Positions 15,349-24,007 of a DNA stretch of 32,000 nucleotides are shown one piece after another. The position numbers and the translations under genes are program-made. A model generated the notes under the pieces. The model was not told the DNA's origin, made no database searches, and saw only the letters and a list, made by a program, of their open reading frames with translations. Position 1 is the first letter of the stretch. The number at the start of each line of letters is the position of its first letter. The stretch covers positions 1 to 32,000 of the forward strand of contig JBDRIM010000073.1 in the NCBI GenBank assembly GCA_043816005.1, given 5' to 3'. The stretch comes from Candidatus Micrarchaeota archaeon (GTDB lineage Archaea; Micrarchaeota; Micrarchaeia; Anstonellales; Bilamarchaeaceae).

Positions 15349-16458
15349 ATGAAGAAAATTATAGTTGTTCTTGTATTCGCCATTCTTTTTCTTTTGGTAA
15401 TCAACATCTTTTTTCTATACAGCATAGCTACTATTCGTGATGAACTAACAAGTCAAAAATCAGATTTTGAAAGTGAAAAATCCATCTTAGCTGCCCAAAT
15501 AATTGATATAAACGATACTGTAAACCAGAAAGACCAGGAGATCATCGAATTAAATTCACAAATCGAGGCCGATAAACTAAAGATAGACCAAACAACCAAT
15601 CTTCTAACTTATACTCAACAACAACTCAATCTCACAAAATCCGAATTGTCAAACACTTCGTTATCACTTGAGGAAGCACAATCAGAGTTTAGTATTATTA
15701 AATCTGAAATTGACGATATTGCATTCTCTATCAATGAATCAATCCAATGGTTCAACTCGAATTCCCATCTTGGTCCATCAACCGAGTTTTTTTCAGATTA
15801 TGTTTATGATAAATGTGTGCATTCAGATACTCTTAATCTTCCCTGTATAGAATTTTTCATGGAGAAACGATTGGATTTTTTTTATGAAGAAGAATCCCCA
15901 GACAAACTCTATTCAATAGATGAAATGATCTCTAGGGGTGGTGGAGATTGCGAAGATTATTCACTTTTTCTTAAGGCAGTTTTGAATGATCTTAAATTAT
16001 CCGATCCTGATTTGCAAGTTATGGGGTGGACAAAAGGAGATAATAACTTTATGGTCTATGAAGGTTCTAGTAGTTCGTGGTTCTTTAAGAATGCACAGCC
16101 AGTTTATTTTGGTTCCCTTAGCGATCGTTATCCAGTTGTTTTTTGTTATGTAACATCCTACACTGATGAGGAATTACGTGGTCATTGTATAGTGGCATTA
16201 TCAAAAGAAAAAATTGAAACAAAAGCAGATCTCTACAAACTTAATGGGGCTGCTACATTTGAACCACAAGATGGCGAATACAAAGGCACCATCAGCAACG
16301 ATTATTTCTTGTGCGGCGGAGAGGATTGTGGTAAAAGTACACACGATATAATTTTAATAATCACTGATGATGATTTTTACAAAATGGTTGGTGGAGAATG
16401 GCAAAGTCTTGCATTCTATCTGAACGAAATTACTCAATTCAAAGCTAAGTTAGGATAA
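15349..16458 (+). CDS. membrane-anchored coiled-coil protein with C-terminal transglutaminase-like cysteine protease fold
   Basis: N-terminal TM (IIVVLVFAILFLLVINIFFLY), then a ~100-aa Q/E/L-rich heptad-like region. Candidate Cys-His-Asp triad: GGGDCEDYSLFL, RGHCIVAL, FEPQDG. Confidence 0.55.
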   Translation: MKKIIVVLVFAILFLLVINIFFLYSIATIRDELTSQKSDFESEKSILAAQIIDINDTVNQKDQEIIELNSQIEADKLKIDQTTNLLTYTQQQLNLTKSELSNTSLSLEEAQSEFSIIKSEIDDIAFSINESIQWFNSNSHLGPSTEFFSDYVYDKCVHSDTLNLPCIEFFMEKRLDFFYEEESPDKLYSIDEMISRGGGDCEDYSLFLKAVLNDLKLSDPDLQVMGWTKGDNNFMVYEGSSSSWFFKNAQPVYFGSLSDRYPVVFCYVTSYTDEELRGHCIVALSKEKIETKADLYKLNGAATFEPQDGEYKGTISNDYFLCGGEDCGKSTHDIILIITDDDFYKMVGGEWQSLAFYLNEITQFKAKLG

Positions 16459-16496
16459 AGCAGGCTTTATTTTTCTTTTCCTTCATCTTCATTCCT

Positions 16497-17204
16497 ATGA
16501 AAATAAAGATAATCGCAAATCCTAAGAAAACATGGGCAAAAAAAGTTGCCCGAGAACTTAGGACATTTCTTTCACCAAAACATTCTATTGTTCGTAATGG
16601 TGCTGAAGCTACGATTTGTATTGGTGGGGATGGTACAATCCTTTATGCAGTTCATAAAAATCAGATTAACGGTCCAATCATTGGCGTAGGTGGGGATAAA
16701 AGCTACATTTGCCAACTTGACAAACACAATTGGAGGGAAAAACTACTTACCCTGATTGATAATCCGGCAAGAGAAAAAATTATGACATTGATTTGTAAGT
16801 CTGAAGGTAACACATACTGTGCGTTGAACGATGTTGTTGTACATGCGACACACTATCGAGTTGTAGAAATGGATGTTACTCTTGATGGAAGAACAACGTC
16901 ATTTGAAGGAGATGGTATGATTGTTTCATCTTCAATTGGTTCTGCTGCATATGCATTTTCAGCAGGAGGAAAGAAATTCAAACCAACGGAACGGAAAATT
17001 GTTGTTGTTCCTATTTGTGCCTATAAACGCGCCTTTAGTCCATTAGTATTGGGCGAAGGTGGCAAAACTTCAATAAAGGTAGGTGCTGATTGTGCATTTA
17101 TAATCGACGGTATATTTATTAGAAATTTGAAAAGTGAAGAGATAGTATATGTAGAAAAAGGTTCTGATATGTTATTCTTTAGTGGGGTAGGGCGATATGA
17201 CTGA
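16497..17204 (+). CDS. nadK: NAD kinase
   Basis: GGDGT motif (ICIGGDGTILYA), NDVVV, and the glycine-rich GDGMIVSSSIGSAAYAFSAGG motif. Confidence 0.9.
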   Translation: MKIKIIANPKKTWAKKVARELRTFLSPKHSIVRNGAEATICIGGDGTILYAVHKNQINGPIIGVGGDKSYICQLDKHNWREKLLTLIDNPAREKIMTLICKSEGNTYCALNDVVVHATHYRVVEMDVTLDGRTTSFEGDGMIVSSSIGSAAYAFSAGGKKFKPTERKIVVVPICAYKRAFSPLVLGEGGKTSIKVGADCAFIIDGIFIRNLKSEEIVYVEKGSDMLFFSGVGRYD

Positions 17205-17502
17205 CAAAGATGAAATAATTAAACGCGGTTTTGTTGATGTAAAAGTTTTTGTGGCTGGGTTAAGACAAAGCCATAGGCTAGAGGTTGTAGAACAGGAGAC
17301 ACCAAATGGGCCTGTTTTGTTTTTAGTGTGCAAACATTACATCCCAGCTATAGAAATGGTTCGTCTTGCAGAAGCGCTCAAATTTCCAATAAAACATAAA
17401 GATACAGTTGTGTTCCCTCGTGGAACTATGCCGAGTACATTTACCAAAAAATCAACAATGGTATCAATTGAACCGGATGTTATTGAAGCTGAAGTTGAGT
17501 GA
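17197..17502 (+). CDS. hypothetical protein
   Basis: 101-aa ORF overlapping the nadK stop by 8 nt and abutting the next gene (TGA then ATG). Operon context supports it as coding. No motif recognised. Confidence 0.5.
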   Translation: MTDKDEIIKRGFVDVKVFVAGLRQSHRLEVVEQETPNGPVLFLVCKHYIPAIEMVRLAEALKFPIKHKDTVVFPRGTMPSTFTKKSTMVSIEPDVIEAEVE

Positions 17503-18141
17503 ATGGAATTTGTAAATAAGAAAATTACAATTCCAATTTCTTCAAAAAAGTTTGAAGGTGTAATGACAATACCTTCAAAATCAAAAGCAATCATTGTATT
17601 CGTTCATGGTGGTGGGGGCGCAGTAAAAAGTCCAAGGAATAATGCAATTGCAAGAGTTCTAAATAAAAATAATTTTGGCACTTTACTTTTCGAATTACTC
17701 ACAGATAAAGAGGACCTATCCAATAAAAATAATCTCAACATAGATCTTCTCTCAACAAGATTATTGGCAGCAACAAAATGGTTGATAAAACAACCTATGG
17801 CACAAGGGTTGAAAATAGGTTATTTCTCGGTTAGTAGTGGTACTGCAGCAGCAATACGCGCATCTTCTAAATTACGCAAAATTTTTGCTATAGTATCAAA
17901 AAGTGGCAGACCTGATCTTTCTATGTCATATCTTAGTATAGTTAAAGCACCAATTTTATTTATCGTTGGTGAGGATGATGAGGTAATTACTACTTTGAAT
18001 GAACAGGCATTTATCAACTTGTCTGGCGAAAAAAGTATGGTGATAATTCCAAATGCTGGGCATTTTTTTGATGAACCTGGTACTTCGAAAGAAGTAGCAA
18101 AGTTTACTTTGAACTGGTTCAAAAAATATTCAAGAAAATAA
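17503..18141 (+). CDS. alpha/beta hydrolase, dienelactone-hydrolase-like
   Basis: VFVHGGGG oxyanion region, nucleophile-elbow-like GYFSVSSGTAAA, IVGEDDEV, and NAGHFF (catalytic His). Confidence 0.7.
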   Translation: MEFVNKKITIPISSKKFEGVMTIPSKSKAIIVFVHGGGGAVKSPRNNAIARVLNKNNFGTLLFELLTDKEDLSNKNNLNIDLLSTRLLAATKWLIKQPMAQGLKIGYFSVSSGTAAAIRASSKLRKIFAIVSKSGRPDLSMSYLSIVKAPILFIVGEDDEVITTLNEQAFINLSGEKSMVIIPNAGHFFDEPGTSKEVAKFTLNWFKKYSRK

Positions 18142-18861
18142 TCCTGCAAGAATAAATGCTATGGCTGCACCAGCTAAAAATACAAGAGATCCAACTCCTC
18201 GTTGTTTTTCTTTAAATACATCTGGCATTATCTCTACGAAGACAACATACATCATTGCACCAGCTGAAAATGCAAGTGCAAATGGTACTAGTGCAATAAT
18301 TTTGGTTAAAAATACATACCCAATTATAGCTGCAAAACCTTCGACAATCCCAGATAAAATTCCAAAACCAACTGCTTTTTTCTTTTCTAAACCATAACAG
18401 ATAAGTGGTGCGGATATCAGTGCACCTTCTGGAGCATCTTGTATTGCCATAGATAAAGCAGTAAACCAACCAAGAGGGGTGGAACCAGCAAATGCTGCTG
18501 CTATGGCAAATCCTTCAGGTATATTATGAATCGCAATCGTACCAACAATCAATGCTGTTTTTTTCTTTGATGTTGGCAGCTCTGTTTTTTTTATGTGATG
18601 GTGAACATGAGGCAATGTTTTTTCGAAGATAAATATGAATAACAATCCAATTACAAATCCAAATAACACATCTATATATCCAATTATTTGCTGGGCTTGA
18701 TTAATCATTTCTACAGCCGTGAAAGCCATCACACCAGCTGAAAATGCAAGTAATAATGTATATCTAATTTTGCATAGATCACTAATGAAAACAGTACTGA
18801 TTGCACCTATTCCTGTTGCAATTGTAACTAATATTGCCCCTCCGAGGAGATCTATGAACAT
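18130..18861 (-). CDS. zupT: ZIP-family divalent metal (zinc) transporter
   Basis: Multi-TM protein with the ZIP signature HNIPEGFAIAAAF and a second DAPEGA motif. Also has a His-rich loop HVHHH. Confidence 0.85.
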   Translation of the reverse strand: MFIDLLGGAILVTIATGIGAISTVFISDLCKIRYTLLLAFSAGVMAFTAVEMINQAQQIIGYIDVLFGFVIGLLFIFIFEKTLPHVHHHIKKTELPTSKKKTALIVGTIAIHNIPEGFAIAAAFAGSTPLGWFTALSMAIQDAPEGALISAPLICYGLEKKKAVGFGILSGIVEGFAAIIGYVFLTKIIALVPFALAFSAGAMMYVVFVEIMPDVFKEKQRGVGSLVFLAGAAIAFILAGLFS

Positions 18862-19742
18862 TACTTCAACTCTGTTTTCAATATCGCGACAAGTTCCTTA
18901 CCTATCCTTATTTGTGCTTCTTTGGTGCTTGCACCAAGGTGTGGGGTAAAACAAACATTTTCAAGTTCAAGTAGTTTTCCAGTATATGGTTCTGTTTTGT
19001 AGACATCAAGAGCAGCACCAGCTATTTTTCCACTTTTACATCCGTCATAAAGTGCATCTTCATCTACTATTTCGCCTCTTGAGGTATTGATAATGTACAC
19101 ACCTTCTTTCATTTTTGCAATATTTTCTTTGTTAATCATATCTTTTGTTTCATTTGTTGCAGGAACATGAAGCGAGATTATGTCTGCTTTGGCAAAAAAC
19201 TCATCTAGATCATTTACATACAAATTTTCAACAGGCGGTCTTGGTGGTGGGCTGTATGCAATCACATGCATACCTAGTGCATTAGCCCTTGTACCTAGTA
19301 AGGAACCTATTCTTCCATAACCAACAATTCCAAGTGTTTTTCCTGCAATTTCAGTACCAGTCAAGTTTTTCTTATCCCAATTGCCTTCTTTCATCTGATG
19401 ATGTGCTTTCTGCACATTCCTTAGCATTGCTAGCATAAGTCCAAGTACTAATTCTACAACTGCATTGCTTGATGCGCCTGGGGTATTCAAAACCTTAATT
19501 TTTCTTTCCATACATGCATTTTGATCAACATTATCAAGTCCAACCCCTGCTCTAACAACTATCTTCAGTTTTTTTGCACAATCTAACAGTTCTTTTGTTA
19601 CCTTCGTAGCACTACGTACTATCAAAACATCGGTATCTACTATGGCTTTTTTTATGTCAAATGGCTTAAATTCGACCTCACCAAGTTTTCTTATTTCTTC
19701 CACCACTTCTTCTTCCATCTGGTCAGCAATAACAATTCGCAT
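18861..19742 (-). CDS. D-isomer-specific 2-hydroxyacid dehydrogenase, SerA-like, without ACT domain
   Basis: NAD-binding GIVGYGRIGSLLG. Catalytic region NTSRGEIVDE...HLGAST is typical of the D-3-phosphoglycerate dehydrogenase family. The 293-aa length leaves no room for a regulatory domain. Confidence 0.85.
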   Translation of the reverse strand: MRIVIADQMEEEVVEEIRKLGEVEFKPFDIKKAIVDTDVLIVRSATKVTKELLDCAKKLKIVVRAGVGLDNVDQNACMERKIKVLNTPGASSNAVVELVLGLMLAMLRNVQKAHHQMKEGNWDKKNLTGTEIAGKTLGIVGYGRIGSLLGTRANALGMHVIAYSPPPRPPVENLYVNDLDEFFAKADIISLHVPATNETKDMINKENIAKMKEGVYIINTSRGEIVDEDALYDGCKSGKIAGAALDVYKTEPYTGKLLELENVCFTPHLGASTKEAQIRIGKELVAILKTELK

Positions 19743-19936
19743 AATAGTCTATTGTAAAACATGAATTTATTAGTTTGTTTTCCATTAAGTTTATACTGCG
19801 TATGGGCACAGTTTGTAACAAAAACGTGGGTTTTTTTACATAAAATCCAATCATAATGTAATATTTTTTACATAAAATTCTCCGATATATATTAATATAT
19901 CCTTATTTATATAATTAATTGGTGGAGGGGACAGTT

Positions 19937-20212
19937 ATGTTTGTCAAAAATCGAAAACACAGAATAAAAGCTAAAAAAATTATGGGACTTGCGTCCTCGC
20001 TTGATGACTCAATAAGCGTTTTGAATAGTATAATCGAATTGCGTTCTTTGCTAGGTACAGAAAGTATAGAACTAACAATACCAGAAAAGCTGCATATTGT
20101 AAAATCAATGGCCAGAGCAAAGGTACGCGCATTCAAATCTGGGCACACTGATAATTATAAAACATTCAAAGAGATTGATCTGATCGGCACTGATTTGGTT
20201 AATCTATTGTAG
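19937..20212 (+). CDS. hypothetical protein
   Basis: ATG at 19937 is preceded by GGTGGAGGGG, a strong SD, 6 nt upstream. Ends 10 nt before the ACT-domain gene. No motif recognised. Confidence 0.45.
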   Translation: MFVKNRKHRIKAKKIMGLASSLDDSISVLNSIIELRSLLGTESIELTIPEKLHIVKSMARAKVRAFKSGHTDNYKTFKEIDLIGTDLVNLL

Positions 20213-20222
20213 GTGATAAATT

Positions 20223-20627
20223 ATGAAATCCGTAACTGTAGTTTCAGATGATAAGGTTGGTTTGTTAGCTGATATCTCTTATATTCTTGGCAAATCCAAT
20301 GTGAATATTGATGGATTATTTGTTGATGTAATCGGTGGGAAGGCCGTGATATCTATCGAAGTAAAAGATCCTAAAAAAGCATCAGAGATCCTCTCATTAA
20401 ATGGTTTTAGTCTTACTGCTCCAGACGCAATTGTTGTAAAAGTCTCAAACAACTCTATGGAAAAATTAACTGAAATGCTAGAAGTGGAAGATATTACAGT
20501 AACTGGGCTTTCTATGCTTTCATCCGATCGATCTGATGGGGTATTTGCTATTAATGTTGATAAACCAAGGAAAGCTCACAGAATGCTCAGTCCTTTTTTA
20601 TTGGGCAATACGGATGAACTTTATTAA
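20223..20627 (+). CDS. stand-alone ACT-domain protein
   Basis: The N-terminus VTVVSDDKVGLLADISYILGKSNVNIDGL is the classic ACT beta-alpha-beta start. AGGTGA lies upstream. Confidence 0.7.
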   Translation: MKSVTVVSDDKVGLLADISYILGKSNVNIDGLFVDVIGGKAVISIEVKDPKKASEILSLNGFSLTAPDAIVVKVSNNSMEKLTEMLEVEDITVTGLSMLSSDRSDGVFAINVDKPRKAHRMLSPFLLGNTDELY

Positions 20628-21712
20628 GTGGTAATAAGGTCCATTTTTCCTTTTTGTTTTGCTTCTTTAATTTCCATAGCTATTCGTCTACCAAAACTTA
20701 TGCTTTCGCGGTGTAGATACTCAGAATACGGTGTAAACCTTGTTCCTGGCGAACCTGGCATTCTTAGTGAAACATCAAAACAAATGAATTTCTCTCCGTC
20801 TTCCTCAACAAACGCTCCCTGAAGAGCAAACGGACCTATCAATCCATTTTTGTACTCCTTTTGGACACCATGAACAAACCGTTCCCCAATCTCATATACC
20901 TGTTCTAAAAGGGATTCACGCAAAGTACAGGCAATATGTCCGACCTCAATTGTTGATGGCTGGCGCATTTTCAAAAGATCAAGCTGTGCATCGGCAGGCA
21001 TTCTAAGATAACCATCTAAATTTGTTTGCCTTCTTGTATCAACACCTAAAAGTTCGAGTTCTTCATAAATCGGTGAATAGAAAAAATTCAAATTGAATTG
21101 TGCACCTACTATATACTCTTCAATTTTTGCCGCTTTCAGTTGTTCTCTAGTTGTTTTACCACTCTTGATCAGTGCTTCGCTTCGTTCAACATATTCGTCA
21201 TAGTTACTAGCAAGAAAGAAAGCCCGTTCATAAGTTCTCTTTGCTTCGCTTACTTTGACAATGGATAGTTTGTTGATATCTTTTGGTGAGTTAAACTGCG
21301 TAGGTGTTCGTACGCCTGATTTTTCCATTAAGTGATACTGATTTTTTGGCGCATCTCTTTCTTCTGCTCTAAGTAAATATTTATTACCAAAAACAGGTAT
21401 GTCAAATTCTTTCTCTATCCCATCATACCCAACATAAACTGCAAATGACCTATTCGGGACAAAAATACAATTTCTTTTTTTCATAAACTCCAAGTTTGCA
21501 GGTTTTAGTATATCCTTGAATTTATCCAGAAGAAGAAGTTCATCAACTACTCCTATTTCTTTTTTTCCATGCTTTCTTGTTTTATATGGTCCGAGATATG
21601 TTTTTTCACGTCCTTTTTGTGCAACAACTAAGGTTTTGAATCCTTCTTTTTTTGCGCCTTCAGAAACATCCAATGCTGAATGGCTTCCTAATGTAGAAAT
21701 AGTAAAATCCAT
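20624..21712 (-). CDS. purP: 5-formaminoimidazole-4-carboxamide ribonucleotide (FAICAR) synthetase PurP, ATP-grasp
   Basis: ISTLGSHSALDVSEGAKKEGFKTLVVAQKGREKTY matches the conserved PurP N-terminus. The 362-aa length is typical of this archaea-specific enzyme. Confidence 0.9.
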   Translation of the reverse strand: MDFTISTLGSHSALDVSEGAKKEGFKTLVVAQKGREKTYLGPYKTRKHGKKEIGVVDELLLLDKFKDILKPANLEFMKKRNCIFVPNRSFAVYVGYDGIEKEFDIPVFGNKYLLRAEERDAPKNQYHLMEKSGVRTPTQFNSPKDINKLSIVKVSEAKRTYERAFFLASNYDEYVERSEALIKSGKTTREQLKAAKIEEYIVGAQFNLNFFYSPIYEELELLGVDTRRQTNLDGYLRMPADAQLDLLKMRQPSTIEVGHIACTLRESLLEQVYEIGERFVHGVQKEYKNGLIGPFALQGAFVEEDGEKFICFDVSLRMPGSPGTRFTPYSEYLHRESISFGRRIAMEIKEAKQKGKMDLITT

Positions 21713-21833
21713 ATTAGTATTTTGCCGGTTTTGTTTTTATTGCTTGCTACTTCCAAACTCAATAGTCCTGGCATATAAGCCAGTTTGCTTTCTTCTACGC
21801 ATATTTATATAGATTATCCGAGAGATAAATTTC

Positions 21834-22649
21834 ATGAGAAAAGTGCTTTTCCTTCTATTGTTAATACCACTTCTTTATGCAGAATTTGCAATCGAGAGGG
21901 TGGATGTTACTATTAGTGATATTCAGAGCGATGGAAGTGCCAAAGTACATGAAAGCATAAAATTCATCATATATACTGATTACTCCAATTCTGTTTATGA
22001 TAGTGGCATTGCAAGTGATCAGCTCTCGTTTTGGTCCGCAAATATTGGTCTTAAGGATGTAAAGTTCCATGTCAACCCGTCTGTAGGTGATATTAGAGAT
22101 CTTCGTGTAAGTCCACAGCCACGTACACAATGCAACCCAATACAAAAAACATGTCACGGAGAATTGATTCTTGATTATCTTGCATATCCATCGGCAAGTT
22201 CAAACCAAACAATATTATATACGGGGTTGTTTACTGTTGATAAATACAAACCAAGAACAACTAGGTATACAATAAATCCTACTGCACTTTCATTCACTAC
22301 TACTCCGGAAGAAAACATAATCCTTGATAAAAATGTTTATTTATCCATAAACATGCCACGTGATAGTATGATATTCGATACAAATCCCCAACCAACCAAT
22401 TCAGCAATTTCTCTTCCATCATCTGTTGAAACACTTTCTTGGACTGATATAGTTCTAGTGAAATTTTCACTTATTTTTGATGTTGAGGATAGTATAGATA
22501 AGGAAGTTTCAGATTTTTTTGGCAATATACTACGCGGTCTCATCGATACTGTCAAAAGCCCCCATGGCGGTGCTTTGATAATTCTACTTGTGATCCTAGT
22601 CGGATCATACACTTACATAGTAATGTCCAAGAGGAGGAACGATGAATAA
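21834..22649 (+). CDS. secreted protein with C-terminal membrane anchor, unknown function
   Basis: Signal peptide MRKVLFLLLLIPLLYAEF and a C-terminal TM plus basic tail (GGALIILLVILVGSYTYIVMSKRR). Its stop overlaps the pheS start (TAATG). Confidence 0.6.
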   Translation: MRKVLFLLLLIPLLYAEFAIERVDVTISDIQSDGSAKVHESIKFIIYTDYSNSVYDSGIASDQLSFWSANIGLKDVKFHVNPSVGDIRDLRVSPQPRTQCNPIQKTCHGELILDYLAYPSASSNQTILYTGLFTVDKYKPRTTRYTINPTALSFTTTPEENIILDKNVYLSINMPRDSMIFDTNPQPTNSAISLPSSVETLSWTDIVLVKFSLIFDVEDSIDKEVSDFFGNILRGLIDTVKSPHGGALIILLVILVGSYTYIVMSKRRNDE

Positions 22650-24007
22650 TGTACAAAGGCTCGGATATTATTCTAGACTTACTAACTAAAAAGAAGATGA
22701 CTCTAGAGGAACTTGCAAAAGTTTCATCATTAAATGAAGATAGTATTAGGAGGATTATAGAATCTCTCAAAGCAGAAGGTTATGTTACGGTTGAGATTAA
22801 AGAAACACCAACAGGGTCGCCAACAGAAGAACTTTTGGAATATTGTAAAAATGAATTTCCTGAAGTTTCAGTTTTTCGAAAGTCATTATCTAGAGCAACG
22901 ATTTCCTCTCTTTCACCAATAGAAAAATCAATAGGTATACGGTGGGCTAAGGTAAAGGGGTTTGTAACTATCGAAGATGGGAAATTAACCCCTATAAAAT
23001 CTCCCGAAGAAGTTGACAAGATTACAAAAAAACTTGTTAGCTCTGTTGATTCTTTATTATCTAATAACAATACATCTGAGCCAGAATTGATGGAAGAACT
23101 TTTTGAACGTCATCTTCTGGTTAAAAAAATTACAAAGCAAATCTCTGTATCATATACTGGTAAAACAATTGACCAAACGAAATTTTCAGAAACGTTTGAT
23201 CCGAATATTCCCGGACCTAATGCATCTGTTGGGAAAAATCATCCAATCACAATAATTACTAAGAAAATCAAAACTATTATGACTGAGTTGGGTTTTGAAG
23301 AGATGGAAGGGGATTTAGTTGAGAGTTCCTTTTGGAACTTTGATGCGCTTTTTCAACCTCAAGACCACCCAGCAAGAGAGCTTGCAGATACGTTTTATAT
23401 TAATGGTGAGATGCCACTTCCATCTGATAAAAAGCTTGTTGAAAGAGTAAAAAAAGCACATGAAGAAGGTTGGAAGTATAACTGGGATCCAAAAGAAGCA
23501 TCGAAGGCAGTGTTGCGTACTCATACAACTTGTTTATCAGCACGTTATCTTGCTGCACTCAAAGACAAGAAACCAAAAAAATACTTTTCTATCGGTCGTG
23601 TTTTTAGGAACGAGGCAACTGATTACAAACATCTGGCTGAATTTCATCAAGTAGAGGGCATTATCGCGTGGGAAAATGCAACATTTACCGATCTCCTCGG
23701 GTTTCTTAAGGAATTTTATCGGAAACTTGGTTTTGAGAATATTCGTTTCAGACCAAGTTTTTTTCCATATACTGAACCTAGCCTTGAGATAGAGGTTTAT
23801 TTTGAAAAGAAAAAACAATGGTTAGAATTGGGTGGTGCAGGGATATTTAGGCCAGAAGTTAGTATTCCTTTAGCGGGAGTATACCCTGTTCTTGCATGGG
23901 GTCTTAGTTTGGAGCGGCCGCTTATGCTTTTACTTGAACTCGAAGATATCAGGACATTCTATAAGAATGATGTTGATTTCCTCACATCATCAAGGTTAGA
24001 TATATGA
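22649..24007 (+). CDS. pheS: phenylalanine--tRNA ligase alpha subunit
   Basis: N-terminal winged-helix region and class II aaRS motifs (FQPQDHPARE, FRNEATDYKHLAEFHQVEG, GAGIFRPEV). GAGGAGG lies 11 nt upstream. Confidence 0.95.
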   Translation: MYKGSDIILDLLTKKKMTLEELAKVSSLNEDSIRRIIESLKAEGYVTVEIKETPTGSPTEELLEYCKNEFPEVSVFRKSLSRATISSLSPIEKSIGIRWAKVKGFVTIEDGKLTPIKSPEEVDKITKKLVSSVDSLLSNNNTSEPELMEELFERHLLVKKITKQISVSYTGKTIDQTKFSETFDPNIPGPNASVGKNHPITIITKKIKTIMTELGFEEMEGDLVESSFWNFDALFQPQDHPARELADTFYINGEMPLPSDKKLVERVKKAHEEGWKYNWDPKEASKAVLRTHTTCLSARYLAALKDKKPKKYFSIGRVFRNEATDYKHLAEFHQVEGIIAWENATFTDLLGFLKEFYRKLGFENIRFRPSFFPYTEPSLEIEVYFEKKKQWLELGGAGIFRPEVSIPLAGVYPVLAWGLSLERPLMLLLELEDIRTFYKNDVDFLTSSRLDI

